64,000 bases of DNA from Bacteroidales bacterium (GTDB lineage Bacteria; Bacteroidota; Bacteroidia; Bacteroidales; UBA7960): assembly GCA_041686485.1 (NCBI GenBank), contig JAWLDT010000001.1:5554-69553 (forward strand). The letters run 5' to 3'. Positions 10,556 to 20,242 of this stretch are shown here, in pieces. The translations under genes were made by a program, and so were the position numbers. The notes below the pieces were generated by a model. The model ran no database searches. It was given only the letters and a program-made list of their open reading frames with translations, and had not been told where the DNA came from. How positions within the stretch are numbered: position 1 is the stretch's first letter; each line of letters begins with the position of its first letter.

Positions 10556-10649
10556 ACAAATTGAAAAGGTTGCTTTATACGAATGTTTAAGCTTTAAGAC
10601 ACGAATATAGAATTATTTTTTTTACACACTACCTTTTTTTATTCATTCA

Positions 10650-10695
10650 TAAAAAAACCGGATTGAGCAGGGTGGAAAAACAACTCAATCCGGTT
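10650..10695 (-). terminator. Intrinsic terminator downstream of the dipeptidase gene
   Basis: 12-bp stem AACCGGATTGAG/CTCAATCCGGTT (10656..10667 and 10684..10695), followed on the minus strand by a U-run (A-run 10651..10657 on plus). Confidence 0.7.
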
Positions 10696-10728
10696 AAGAC
10701 AGCGCATACAATAAAATCAGTTTATTGC

Positions 10729-12099
10729 TTACTTCTTTAATTCATGAAAATATTTATAGAAGTAAGGGATGGTTTCCAATCCTTTGTAAAACTGGGATAA
10801 TGGATAGTTCTCGTTAGGCGAGTGGATGGCATCGGTTTCCAGGCCAAAGCCCATCAGGATAGATTTTGTTCCCAGGATCTGCTCAAACATGGAGATGATC
10901 GGAATGCTTCCACCGCTGCGGTAGGGGATGGGTTTGATGCCATAGCTTTGTTCATAGGCTTTACTTGCGGCCTTATAGGCTGGTGTGTCTGTTGGACTCA
11001 CATAGCCCTCGCCGCCATGCAGGAACTCGACATCAACCTTTACGCAGGAGGGGGCGATGGACAGGAAATGGTCCTTAAACAGGTGGGTGATCTTTTCAGA
11101 ATTCTGATGGGGCACCAGACGCATGGAGATCTTGGCATGTGCTTCAGAAGGCAGGACGGTTTTGGCTCCTTTTTCTGTGTAGCCGCCCCAGATTCCGTTC
11201 ACATCAAGCGATGGTCTGATGCCTGTCCGTTCCAGCGCTGAATATCCTTTTTCACCATGAAGGGCTTCTACCCCGATTGATTTCTTATAGGCCTCTTCGT
11301 CAAAGGGTGCACGGGCCATCTCTTTGCGTTCTTCGTCTGACAATTCCTCCACATCGTCATAGAAACCTTCCACCGTTATGCGCCCGTTTTCATCGATCAG
11401 GCTGCTGATCATATCACAAAGGATATTCACCGGGTTGGCAACGGCGCCACCATACAGACCCGAGTGCAGATCACGGTTCGGGCCGGTTACGTGTACTTCA
11501 CAAAAAGAAAGACCCCGCAGGCCGGTGGTGATGGATGGGGTGTCGGGGCCAAGCATGGCCGTGTCAGATACCAGGATGATGTCTCCGGCCAGCCGCTCAC
11601 GATTGTCCTTCAGAAATTGTCCCAGGCTCGGTGATCCGATCTCCTCTTCACCCTCTATCATGAACTTGACGTTACAGGGCAACTGCCTGGTTTCTACCAG
11701 GTATTCAAATGAGGCCAGGTGCATAAACATCTGTCCCTTATCATCGTCTGCCCCGCGGGCATAGATATGGCCGTCCCTGATCCCGGGCTTAAATGGCTCA
11801 CTTTTCCAGAGATCAAGCGGCTCGACGGGCTGTACGTCATAATGTCCGTAGATAATGACCGTAGGGAGGGCCGGATCAATGGTCTTCTCACCATATACCA
11901 CCGGATGGCCTTCCGTTTTACAAACTTCAGCATGGTCTGCACCCTTTTTTAGCAAGCTTTCTTTGATCCAGTCAGCAGCCCTGTACATGTCATCCTTATG
12001 GTCTTCTTTTGAACTGATCGAAGGGATCCGGATAAGTTCAAACAACTCCTCGAGGAAGCGGTCTTTGTTATTTTCAATATATTGATGAAGGTCTTTCAT
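10729..12099 (-). CDS. M20-family dipeptidase
   Basis: 456 aa with metal-ligand motifs GHYDVQP and ARGADDDKG and a dimerisation-domain layout typical of M20 dipeptidases. Confidence 0.85.
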   Translation of the reverse strand: MKDLHQYIENNKDRFLEELFELIRIPSISSKEDHKDDMYRAADWIKESLLKKGADHAEVCKTEGHPVVYGEKTIDPALPTVIIYGHYDVQPVEPLDLWKSEPFKPGIRDGHIYARGADDDKGQMFMHLASFEYLVETRQLPCNVKFMIEGEEEIGSPSLGQFLKDNRERLAGDIILVSDTAMLGPDTPSITTGLRGLSFCEVHVTGPNRDLHSGLYGGAVANPVNILCDMISSLIDENGRITVEGFYDDVEELSDEERKEMARAPFDEEAYKKSIGVEALHGEKGYSALERTGIRPSLDVNGIWGGYTEKGAKTVLPSEAHAKISMRLVPHQNSEKITHLFKDHFLSIAPSCVKVDVEFLHGGEGYVSPTDTPAYKAASKAYEQSYGIKPIPYRSGGSIPIISMFEQILGTKSILMGFGLETDAIHSPNENYPLSQFYKGLETIPYFYKYFHELKK

Positions 12100-12183
12100 A
12101 TACGAATAATGTTTAAGGTTTGAGAATGTATGATTATTTTGAAGTTGAAAACAAATATATAAAATATCCGGCTAAACGGCACT

Positions 12184-12573
12184 TTAAGGTTCCCATCCGA
12201 ACCATTGATCCAGTTCGCGCCTCTCTTTCTTGGTAGGACGTCCGGTTCGCGGTGGCCTGATGCCGGATTGTTTCCTGGCAACTTCCATCTTCCTGTATTC
12301 TTCTTCGGGTGTCAGATCTTCCATATACTGGCTCACCAGTCTGGCGCCGACCCGCTTGTCCAGGGGTTGCAGAACACGCAACTTCCTGTGGACAGGACCG
12401 GTTCTTACTTCAATCTCCATGCCCGGATAGACCTCCCGGGATGGTTTGATCTCTTCACCGTTTATTTTAACTCTTCCTGACCGGCAGGCCTGGGTGGCCA
12501 TGCTGCGGGTTTTGAATACCCTGACCGACCACAACCATTTATCGATTCTTGGTGTGTCCGATTGTTTCATCAT
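12184..12573 (-). CDS. hslR: S4-domain RNA-binding protein (Hsp15-like)
   Basis: 129 aa. N-terminal RIDKWLWSVRVFKTRSMA S4 motif and a basic C-terminal tail. Confidence 0.75.
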   Translation of the reverse strand: MMKQSDTPRIDKWLWSVRVFKTRSMATQACRSGRVKINGEEIKPSREVYPGMEIEVRTGPVHRKLRVLQPLDKRVGARLVSQYMEDLTPEEEYRKMEVARKQSGIRPPRTGRPTKKERRELDQWFGWEP

Positions 12574-12576
12574 ACA

Positions 12577-13890
12577 TTACTTCTTGCGACAATAGATTGT
12601 GATGCCAACGCCTGAAAAATTCCAGTGGCTTCGAATCTTGTTTTCCAAAAAGCGAATATAAGGCTCTTTTATATACTGGGGAAGGTTGCAGAAGAAAACA
12701 AAGGCAGGATAATGGGTGGGTAACTGCGTTATATATTTTATCTTAATATACTTCCCTTTGGTAGCTGGCGGCGGATTGTTTTCCACAATGGGCAGCAATA
12801 CCTCGTTGAGTTCACTGGTGGAAATCCGGCGCTTGCGGTTTTGATAGACTTCCATACCCGTTTCCATCGCTTTGAATATGCGTTGCCTGGTGAGCACCGA
12901 GGTGAACAAGATCGGGATATCGGTCAGCGGGGCGGTTCGCTCCTTGATAAGCGCCTTCATCTGCTTTACCGAGTGTGTGTCTTTGTTTTTTACCAGATCC
13001 CACTTGTTGACCAGGATCACAATCCCTTTGCTATTCCTTGCGGCCAGCGCAAATATATTCAGGTCCTGTGATTCGAAAGGCTGTGTGGCATCTGTCATAA
13101 GTAAACAGACATCGGCATCTTCGATAGCCCTGACAGAGCGCATGACCGAATAAAATTCAATGTTTTCGTGCACTTTGCCTTTTTTCCGGAGGCCGGCGGT
13201 GTCTACCAGGTAAAAGTCAAAGCCGAATTTATTGTACCGTGAGTAGATTGTATCCCGCGTAGTGCCCGGAATGTCTGTTACAATATTTCGTTCATCATCC
13301 AGTAACATGTTGATCAGGGAAGATTTTCCGACGTTTGGTCTCCCTACGACGGCAATGCGCGGGATATCATCATCTTCTGCCTCCTCCTGCTGGTTTTCCT
13401 GTAACACCTTCACCACATCGTCAAGCAGATCCCCCGTGCCACTTCCATTGATAGAAGAGATGGGATAAATGGTGTCTGCGCCCAGTGCGTAAAACGTGGA
13501 TGATTCCTGGATCAGTTTGCTGTTATCGGCTTTGTTGGCCACCACGAAATAATCTTTTTTGCTTCGCCGAAGCATATCGATCACCTCTTCATCCAGCGGG
13601 TTGATGCCCTCCATGGTGTCTACAAGAAACAACACCACGGTGGCTTCCTCCAGGGCAATTTGTACCTGGTTGCGGATCTCTTCCTCAAACACATCCTCCG
13701 AGTGTGCCACATAGCCACCGGTATCGATCACCGAAAACGTCAATCCATTCCAGTCAGATTGCCCGTAATGCCGGTCACGTGTGACCCCTGAGGTGGGATC
13801 CACAATCGCCTTTCGCCTTTTAACAAGACGGTTGAAAAGGGTGGACTTGCCAACGTTGGGCCGGCCTACCAGTGCTACTATATTTGACAT
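12577..13890 (-). CDS. der: Ribosome biogenesis GTPase Der (EngA)
   Basis: 437 aa with two tandem G domains, each carrying GRPNVGKS(T/S), plus DTGG/DTAG and NKxD motifs and a KH-like C-terminus. Confidence 0.95.
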   Translation of the reverse strand: MSNIVALVGRPNVGKSTLFNRLVKRRKAIVDPTSGVTRDRHYGQSDWNGLTFSVIDTGGYVAHSEDVFEEEIRNQVQIALEEATVVLFLVDTMEGINPLDEEVIDMLRRSKKDYFVVANKADNSKLIQESSTFYALGADTIYPISSINGSGTGDLLDDVVKVLQENQQEEAEDDDIPRIAVVGRPNVGKSSLINMLLDDERNIVTDIPGTTRDTIYSRYNKFGFDFYLVDTAGLRKKGKVHENIEFYSVMRSVRAIEDADVCLLMTDATQPFESQDLNIFALAARNSKGIVILVNKWDLVKNKDTHSVKQMKALIKERTAPLTDIPILFTSVLTRQRIFKAMETGMEVYQNRKRRISTSELNEVLLPIVENNPPPATKGKYIKIKYITQLPTHYPAFVFFCNLPQYIKEPYIRFLENKIRSHWNFSGVGITIYCRKK

Positions 13891-13980
13891 GCTACTATTG
13901 TTTTGTCAGTCATGATCATTCGTGGGATGTATTTCCGGATCGCCCGGGCTTTTACGCTTCGTTTCTGTTCCAAAAACGAT

Positions 13981-14853
13981 TTACCTGTAACCAAACCGTC
14001 GCAGTTTGGTCTCATCCTCGCGCCAGTTTTTATTTACCTTCACATGCAATTCCAGAAACACCTTTTTGCCCACAAACGCTTCAATATCTTTTCGCGCTTC
14101 TGTCCCTACCTTTTTCAGGGCCTTGCCCTGATGGCCAATGATGATGCCCTTCTGGCTCTCCCGTGCGACATGTATTGTACTCCTTATACGAATGATGTTT
14201 TCTTCTTCTTTGTATTCGTCAACGACAACCTCCACCGAGTAGGGTATTTCCTGTTTATAAAGGACGAGGATCTTTTCCCGGATGCTTTCCGCCACAAAGA
14301 AACGGACAGGCTTATCGGTAATTTCGTCTTTCGGGAAATAAGGCGGTCCTTCCGGTAATAATTCCAGGGTTTTATGCAATACAACATCCACGTTATAACC
14401 TTTGAGGGCGGATACAGGAATGACAGACCATTCAGGGTAAGCGTTTTCCCACTGTTGGCGGGCACGGATCACTTCATCGTCCTGTGCCAGGTCAATTTTG
14501 TTGATAAGCACCATGACCGGCACACCCGATTGTTCAATCCGGTTAAGAATGTCTTCATTTTCGAATGCACCCTCGATATCCGCCAAAATGATAAAGATGT
14601 CGGCATCTTCAAGGGCACCCAGAACAAACTGCATCATTTGCTCCTGCAGCTTATAATGGGGATCGAGGATACCCGGCGTATCTGAAAACACCATCTGGTA
14701 ATCGTCGCCATTGGCGATCCCCAAAATGCGGTGCCGGGTTGTCTGGGCTTTCGGTGTGATGATGGACAGCCGCTCCCCCAGGAGTATGTTCATGAGGGTT
14801 GATTTACCCACGTTCGGATAACCGATGATATTTACAAAGCCTGCCTTATGCAT
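13981..14853 (-). CDS. era: GTPase Era
   Basis: ORF 13981..14910 begins at a TTG. The conserved protein starts at ATG 14853 (MHKAGFVNIIGYPNVGKST). DTPG and NKID motifs and a KH domain are present. Confidence 0.93.
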   Translation of the reverse strand: MHKAGFVNIIGYPNVGKSTLMNILLGERLSIITPKAQTTRHRILGIANGDDYQMVFSDTPGILDPHYKLQEQMMQFVLGALEDADIFIILADIEGAFENEDILNRIEQSGVPVMVLINKIDLAQDDEVIRARQQWENAYPEWSVIPVSALKGYNVDVVLHKTLELLPEGPPYFPKDEITDKPVRFFVAESIREKILVLYKQEIPYSVEVVVDEYKEEENIIRIRSTIHVARESQKGIIIGHQGKALKKVGTEARKDIEAFVGKKVFLELHVKVNKNWREDETKLRRFGYR

Positions 14854-14996
14854 GTTTTTTATTTGATGATGGCCTGTATTGGTCAGACTGCCTCTCTGGG
14901 GCTCCCCCAATGAAAAGGCGGTGATTATTTGCTGTGTGCAAAGGTAGGTGTTTTATGAAAATGTAGTAAAGGTTTTGCTATTAAAAAAAGAATTTG

Positions 14997-15004
14997 TACA
15001 TTTG
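14997..15004 (+). promoter_or_regulatory. Bacteroidota-type -7 box (TAcaTTTG) upstream of the tRNA
   Basis: Matches TAnnTTTG and lies 15 nt before the first tRNA base. Confidence 0.4.
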
Positions 15005-15018
15005 CAGTCATTAAACAG

Positions 15019-15093
<75 letters not shown>

Positions 15094-15095
15094 AA

Positions 15096-15138
15096 ATAGC
15101 CTGCTTATCGGTTGATAGGCAGGCTATTGTATTTATTT
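15096..15138 (+). terminator. Intrinsic terminator after the tRNA
   Basis: 14-bp stem ATAGCCTGCTTATC / GATAGGCAGGCTAT (one G-U pair) with loop GGTT, followed by TGTATTTATTT. Confidence 0.75.
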
Positions 15139-15186
15139 AGGGTGCTCCATCTTTCCTTTCTGCCAGAAAATACCTATTTTTGGATT

Positions 15187-15696
15187 GTGAAAACAATCCT
15201 GACATACATCCTTTCGCTGCTGATGGCCTTCATGTTCCTGGTGTCGTTCACCGGGATGCGCATGTTGATCCATCATTGCTTTGTTTGTGAATCCACAGAG
15301 GTGCTTGCCATCGGTATATCAACAAATGAGGACTGGGAAGATGTTCACCATACACACCATGAACACAATGGATGCCATTTACCTGCTGAAGGCGCCAACA
15401 GCTCAGAAGCCGAAGAACCATGTTGCCATGATGGCCAGCAATGTCATGATGCGCATTGTGGCTATGATTGCGACGCTGAAGTTGAGTATATCCGGAATGA
15501 CTATGAATTAACCGAGGATCGCCAGGAAATACGTATCCTGCCACCGGAAGCCTTGTATGTTGCCGCGGACCTGTTTCCTGTCCTGGCAGGTACTGAACCA
15601 AAGCCGGCTTTCATCCCAAAACCACCCGAAGATATCCCGCCCCGCCTGGCCGGTCGTGACTTCATCATCTTCAGCCGGCAACTAAAATACTGTTAA
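15187..15696 (+). CDS. Small membrane-anchored His/Cys-rich protein (possibly the HYC_CC_PP family)
   Basis: ORF 15112..15696 starts inside the tRNA terminator, so GTG 15187 (MKTILTYILSLLMAFMFLVSF) is preferred; ATG 15223 is an alternative. It has one N-terminal TM, then IHHCFVC, an acidic His/Cys cluster (HHTHHEHNGCH...PCCHDGQQCHDAHCGYDCD), and LPPE near the C-terminus. Confidence 0.6.
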   Translation: MKTILTYILSLLMAFMFLVSFTGMRMLIHHCFVCESTEVLAIGISTNEDWEDVHHTHHEHNGCHLPAEGANSSEAEEPCCHDGQQCHDAHCGYDCDAEVEYIRNDYELTEDRQEIRILPPEALYVAADLFPVLAGTEPKPAFIPKPPEDIPPRLAGRDFIIFSRQLKYC

Positions 15697-15780
15697 GGTC
15701 TTTTCTGAAAAGCTTCTTTCCCTCCAACACAGGTTTTGGGGGTTATAACCGTATTGTTTATTTTCAGAAAAGTCCGAATC

Positions 15781-18021
15781 ATGCATGCAAAATCATTAAA
15801 ATTCTTTGTTATATATATTCTGATGATCAGCGGTCAGCCGTTCGCCCTGGCACAGGATGCACAAATCCATGGGGATGTATTTGAGAAGGTACCTCATGAT
15901 GATCATTTTCACAAGCACCCTTTGGCCGGTGCCAATGTTGTTTGGATGAACACCACCCGTGGGGTGGCAACCAATGAAGATGGCCATTTTTGTCTGGACG
16001 TGACCGTTGACCTTCCGCACCGGCTGGTGGTAAGCTATATCGGCTATCAGCCGGATACGCTGCTGATTGAATCGGCGGATGTCCATGTGGAAGTTATCCT
16101 TGAGATGACGCAGGAGCTGGATGAAGTGACCGTCTCAGGCCGGCGTGCCGGTGGACACGTTTCATCGATGGAGCCCGTGCTCACCCATGTGCTCACCGGG
16201 AGTGAGATGCAGCGTGCCGCCTGCTGCAACCTGGCCGAAGCATTTGAAACAAATGTGTCTGTTGATGTAACCTACAGTGATGCCGTATCCGGCGCACAGC
16301 AAATCCAGATGCTTGGTCTGGCCGGTACCTATAGTCAGCTCCTGCTTGAAAATGCCCCCGGTATCCGCGGCCTGGGGCAGCCTTTTGGCCTTAGCTACGT
16401 GCCGGGCCCATGGATGGAGTCCATCAGTATCTCCAAGGGCGCTTCGAGTGTCATCAACGGCTATGAATCCATCACCGGACAAATCAATGTAGACTACAAA
16501 AAGCCCGAAGGACCAGAGAAGCTTTACTACAATGCATTTGCCGGGAGCGACGGCCAGCTGGAAACTTCACTGAACGCCGCCTTTGACCTGAACGATGACT
16601 GGTCGGCTATGCTCATGACGCATGGCGAGCTTTTTAACCGGAAAGTGGATCATAACAATAATTCCTTTCTTGACCACCCCATGGTGCAAAAATACAATGT
16701 CATGAATCGCTATCGTTACGAAAGCCATGGCAAGGTCATTTCGCAGTTTGGATTCAATATTATGCAGGAAGAGCGGGAAGGCGGACAGAAAGCATTTTAC
16801 GAGGAGGATGAACCTTTTGGCTCCGACCGGTATTACGGTTATTTTACCAACACATCCCGCTTTCAGGCTTTCGCCCGCACCGGTTTTTATTTTGATGAGA
16901 TGCCTGATGCGAGCCTGGGAACACAACTCCATTTCACGCATCATAACCAGGACTCCTTTTATGGCCAAAGACCTTACGAAGGTGAGCAAAATACGTTTTA
17001 TGCCAACGCGCTTTTTGCCAATACGCTCGGACATCCGGATCATACCTATACGGTGGGAATAAGTTATCTGTTTGACGATTACCATGAGCTGTTGAACGAT
17101 TCTGTTTTTGCCCGGCAGGAGAAAGTCCCCGGGGCTTTTGCCGAATATTCTTATCATACGCATGAAAAGCTGACCGCCACCGCAGGGGTCCGGATAGATT
17201 ACCATAATATCTACGGTACTTTTTTTACACCGCGCAGCCATGTGCATTTTAATCTGAATGAACATACGACAGTGCGATTATCGGCTGGCAAAGGCTACAG
17301 GGTGCCAAATATGATTGCCGAAAATACCGGTCTGCTGGTGAGCAGTCGTTCCATCCAGGTACTGGATGAGCCTGAGGCGGAAGAGGCCTGGAACTTTGGA
17401 GGGAGCATCACCCGAAGATTTGACTTGTTTGGTCAGGATGCTTCTTTCGTGGCGGAAGCCTACCGGACTCTTTTTACCAATCAGATGATGCTGGATGTGG
17501 ACAGCGACCACACCAAAGCCATTTTTTACAACCTGGATGGCAATTCCTATGCGAACAACTACCAGATGGAGCTCCATGTGATGCCTGTAAGCCGGATGGA
17601 TGTTACCGCCGCTTTCCGGTTTACAGACACGGAGGCCACTATTGGCGGCCGTGAACGAAGTATCCCTTTTGTGAATCGCTATCGCGGGATGGTTTCAGGG
17701 TCTTATGCCACGCGTGACAATGACTGGCAGTTCGATTTGACAGCCCAGTTCAACGGGAGAAGCCGCCTGCCCGATATGCCCGAAACCATGGGTTTCCGTG
17801 ACAAATCTCCCGGTTTTGTGCTGGTGAACACGCAGGTCACGCATCGTAGGGGACGCTTCGAATGGTACGCCGGGGTCGAAAACCTGACTGACTACATCCA
17901 GGATGAACCCATCCTGAACGCCCATGAACCTTTTGGAGATACCTTCGATGGAAGCATGATATGGGGCCCGCTGCTGGGCAGGAAGTTCTATGCGGGCATC
18001 CGTTTTACGATCGAAAAGTAA
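15781..18021 (+). CDS. TonB-dependent outer-membrane receptor with an N-terminal carboxypeptidase-regulatory-like domain
   Basis: ATG 15781 gives a signal peptide (MHAKSLKFFVIYILMISGQPFALAQ). Also present: a CarboxypepD_reg-like segment (GANVVWMNTTRGVATNEDGHFCL), a plug region (ISISKGASSVINGYESITGQINV) and a long beta-barrel. Confidence 0.85.
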   Translation: MHAKSLKFFVIYILMISGQPFALAQDAQIHGDVFEKVPHDDHFHKHPLAGANVVWMNTTRGVATNEDGHFCLDVTVDLPHRLVVSYIGYQPDTLLIESADVHVEVILEMTQELDEVTVSGRRAGGHVSSMEPVLTHVLTGSEMQRAACCNLAEAFETNVSVDVTYSDAVSGAQQIQMLGLAGTYSQLLLENAPGIRGLGQPFGLSYVPGPWMESISISKGASSVINGYESITGQINVDYKKPEGPEKLYYNAFAGSDGQLETSLNAAFDLNDDWSAMLMTHGELFNRKVDHNNNSFLDHPMVQKYNVMNRYRYESHGKVISQFGFNIMQEEREGGQKAFYEEDEPFGSDRYYGYFTNTSRFQAFARTGFYFDEMPDASLGTQLHFTHHNQDSFYGQRPYEGEQNTFYANALFANTLGHPDHTYTVGISYLFDDYHELLNDSVFARQEKVPGAFAEYSYHTHEKLTATAGVRIDYHNIYGTFFTPRSHVHFNLNEHTTVRLSAGKGYRVPNMIAENTGLLVSSRSIQVLDEPEAEEAWNFGGSITRRFDLFGQDASFVAEAYRTLFTNQMMLDVDSDHTKAIFYNLDGNSYANNYQMELHVMPVSRMDVTAAFRFTDTEATIGGRERSIPFVNRYRGMVSGSYATRDNDWQFDLTAQFNGRSRLPDMPETMGFRDKSPGFVLVNTQVTHRRGRFEWYAGVENLTDYIQDEPILNAHEPFGDTFDGSMIWGPLLGRKFYAGIRFTIEK

Positions 18022-18121
18022 TCGTGAAAGGCATTTTTTAAGTCCCGGCCGGTATACCTGGCCATTTTTTCTTATCTTGAGAGGGTGGCTTGTGATTAGA
18101 AACTAATCAAGGTATACTTTG

Positions 18122-19360
18122 ATGAAGGAAAAGGTTTTGCATAAGTTGAATATCCTGGCTGATGCTGCCAAATATGATGTTTCCTGCTCTTCCAGCGGCA
18201 GCAGCCGGGCTTCGGAAGGTGGGGCAGGGACTGCCAAAAGTGCCGGCGTCTGTCATTCTTTTACCCAGGACGGGCGATGCATTTCCCTGCTAAAGATCCT
18301 GTATACCAATCACTGCATTTATGACTGTGCCTATTGCGTGAACCGCCGAAGTAATGATAAGCCGCGTGCAACCTTTACGGTAGAGGAACTGGCTGACCTT
18401 ACCTGGCAGTTTTATTCCCGGAATTATATTGAAGGGCTTTTTCTCAGCTCTGGTGTGATCGTCAGTCCTGATTATACGATGGAACGGCTTACGGCTGTTG
18501 TCAGGCTGCTGCGGGAGGGATATGGTTTTAACGGATACATTCACATAAAAGCCATTCCGGGTGCTGACCCCGAACTGGTACGGCAAGCCGGTCTTTTGGT
18601 TGACCGGATGAGTGTCAATATTGAGATACCGTCTGAGCAGCAGCTGGTAAGGCTGGCCCCGGAGAAAAACTTTCAGAGTGTATTCCAGCCGATGGGGCAG
18701 ATCCATCAGGAGATGCTTGTCAGCAAGGCGGAACGGAAAAAGTACAGGAAAGCACCCCGGTTCGTGCCGGCCGGCCAAAGTACGCAGCTGATCATCGGTG
18801 CCACGCCCGATACGGATCACACCATCCTGAAACTGGCTTCGGGGCTGTATAGTGACCATCAGCTCAAGCGTGTATACTATTCCGGCTTTGTGCCTGTTAA
18901 CAGCGAGGACAGCAGGCTGCCCGTACTGAAACAGCCTCCGCTGGTTCGCGAGAACCGGCTCTACCAGGCCGACTGGTTGATGCGATTCTATGAGTTCCGG
19001 TACGATGAGATCCTGGATGAGAAAAGCCCCAACCTGGATCCCCGCATAGACCCCAAGCTGGCATTTGCCCTGCGTAACCCACACCTGTATCCTGTTGATC
19101 TTGACAAGGATCCGTATGAAACCATACTGCGCGTGCCGGGTATCGGAGTCAGATCGGCCAAAATTATTGTTGCCAACCGTCGCTTTGGACGCATTTCTTT
19201 TTCCCATCTGCGCCGGATGGGAGTGGCACTGAACCGGGCAAAGTATTTTATCAGCTGCCGGGAACTGCCAGCTCATGCTGCTTCCCTCTACCCTGAGCAG
19301 ATCAGACGAAAGCTCGTGAAAAAACAACCTGATAACACCAGGCAATTAAGTTTGTTTTAA
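18122..19360 (+). CDS. Putative DNA modification/repair radical SAM protein (TIGR03916-like)
   Basis: CxxxCxxC cluster motif CIYDCAYCVNR and a C-terminal helix-hairpin-helix-like ILRVPGIGVRSAKII. It is paired with a DUF4130-type gene. Confidence 0.8.
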   Translation: MKEKVLHKLNILADAAKYDVSCSSSGSSRASEGGAGTAKSAGVCHSFTQDGRCISLLKILYTNHCIYDCAYCVNRRSNDKPRATFTVEELADLTWQFYSRNYIEGLFLSSGVIVSPDYTMERLTAVVRLLREGYGFNGYIHIKAIPGADPELVRQAGLLVDRMSVNIEIPSEQQLVRLAPEKNFQSVFQPMGQIHQEMLVSKAERKKYRKAPRFVPAGQSTQLIIGATPDTDHTILKLASGLYSDHQLKRVYYSGFVPVNSEDSRLPVLKQPPLVRENRLYQADWLMRFYEFRYDEILDEKSPNLDPRIDPKLAFALRNPHLYPVDLDKDPYETILRVPGIGVRSAKIIVANRRFGRISFSHLRRMGVALNRAKYFISCRELPAHAASLYPEQIRRKLVKKQPDNTRQLSLF

Positions 19361-19371
19361 AGTCGCACACC

Positions 19372-20157
19372 ATGTCCCGGGTAATATATACATATGACGG
19401 AAGTCTGGAGGGCTACTTTACCGTGGTGTTTCGTGCTTTTCAGGACAAGCAGGAGCCTGAGGCCATTTTGTCGCGTAACAGGCAGCTGCAGATGCCAATC
19501 GGCGAGTTAATCCATGTGGATACAAACCCTTTGGAGGCTGATCGCGTCCGGAGAGGGATTGTAAAACACTCTGATGAACGTAATGCCCGGTTGCTGCATG
19601 TTGCATTTCTCTCAGAACAGCCCGAAACGGACATGCTGTTATGGCGCTATCTTTGTAAATTGTTTGAGGCACCTGCGGAGCACTTTTTTAAGAATATGCT
19701 CGATGCGGATGTGTACGGGCTCGTTCAGACAGCCAGAAGGGTTCGCAGGGAGGTACACCGTTTTCACGGGTTCGTGCGGTTTCAGAAAACGGCTGACAAT
19801 ATGTATGTGGCCGCGATAGATCCGGATCATGATATTGTGAAGCTGCTGGGGCCTCATTTTAAGAGTCGCTTCCCGGAGCGTCACTGGTTAATCTATGACC
19901 TCCGGCGTAACCGTGGCATCTATTTTGATACCCGGGAGATCAGGGCAGTGGAAATGCAAAATCCCGCTTTTGACCTTACAAAAGGAACCCTCCATCAACA
20001 TGCCCGGGCGATGGATGAAGACTACTATGTAACGCTTTGGCAACACTATTACGATGCCATCAATATTATGGAAAGAAAAAACCACCGGCAGATGCGTGCG
20101 TCTATGCCCCGGCGTTACTGGAAGTATATGCCGGAGAAGCGTAGTGGGTACAAGTAA
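19372..20157 (+). CDS. DUF4130-type probable DNA metabolism protein (TIGR03915-like)
   Basis: 261 aa, starting 12 bp after the radical SAM gene. The family is recognised from the conserved pairing and sequence feel (FHGFVRFQ..., WQHYYDAINIxERKN). Confidence 0.7.
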   Translation: MSRVIYTYDGSLEGYFTVVFRAFQDKQEPEAILSRNRQLQMPIGELIHVDTNPLEADRVRRGIVKHSDERNARLLHVAFLSEQPETDMLLWRYLCKLFEAPAEHFFKNMLDADVYGLVQTARRVRREVHRFHGFVRFQKTADNMYVAAIDPDHDIVKLLGPHFKSRFPERHWLIYDLRRNRGIYFDTREIRAVEMQNPAFDLTKGTLHQHARAMDEDYYVTLWQHYYDAINIMERKNHRQMRASMPRRYWKYMPEKRSGYK

Positions 20158-20242
20158 AAAAAAGGACGTAACAGATTTTAGCGAAGTCGTAAAGACTTCA
20201 AAAAAATTATCAATTTTGTAGCTGTGATGATCAGATAGAAGC

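Noticed and set aside
18290-19345. A 351-aa antisense ORF, with similar long shadow ORFs at 7557..8273, 16567..17265, 20375..21118, 46741..47379 and 59625..60185.
   Set aside because: Each lies entirely opposite a gene with strong family motifs. None has recognisable motifs and all have odd composition (Arg/Gly/Pro/His-rich). They are typical shadow frames of roughly 48% GC coding DNA.
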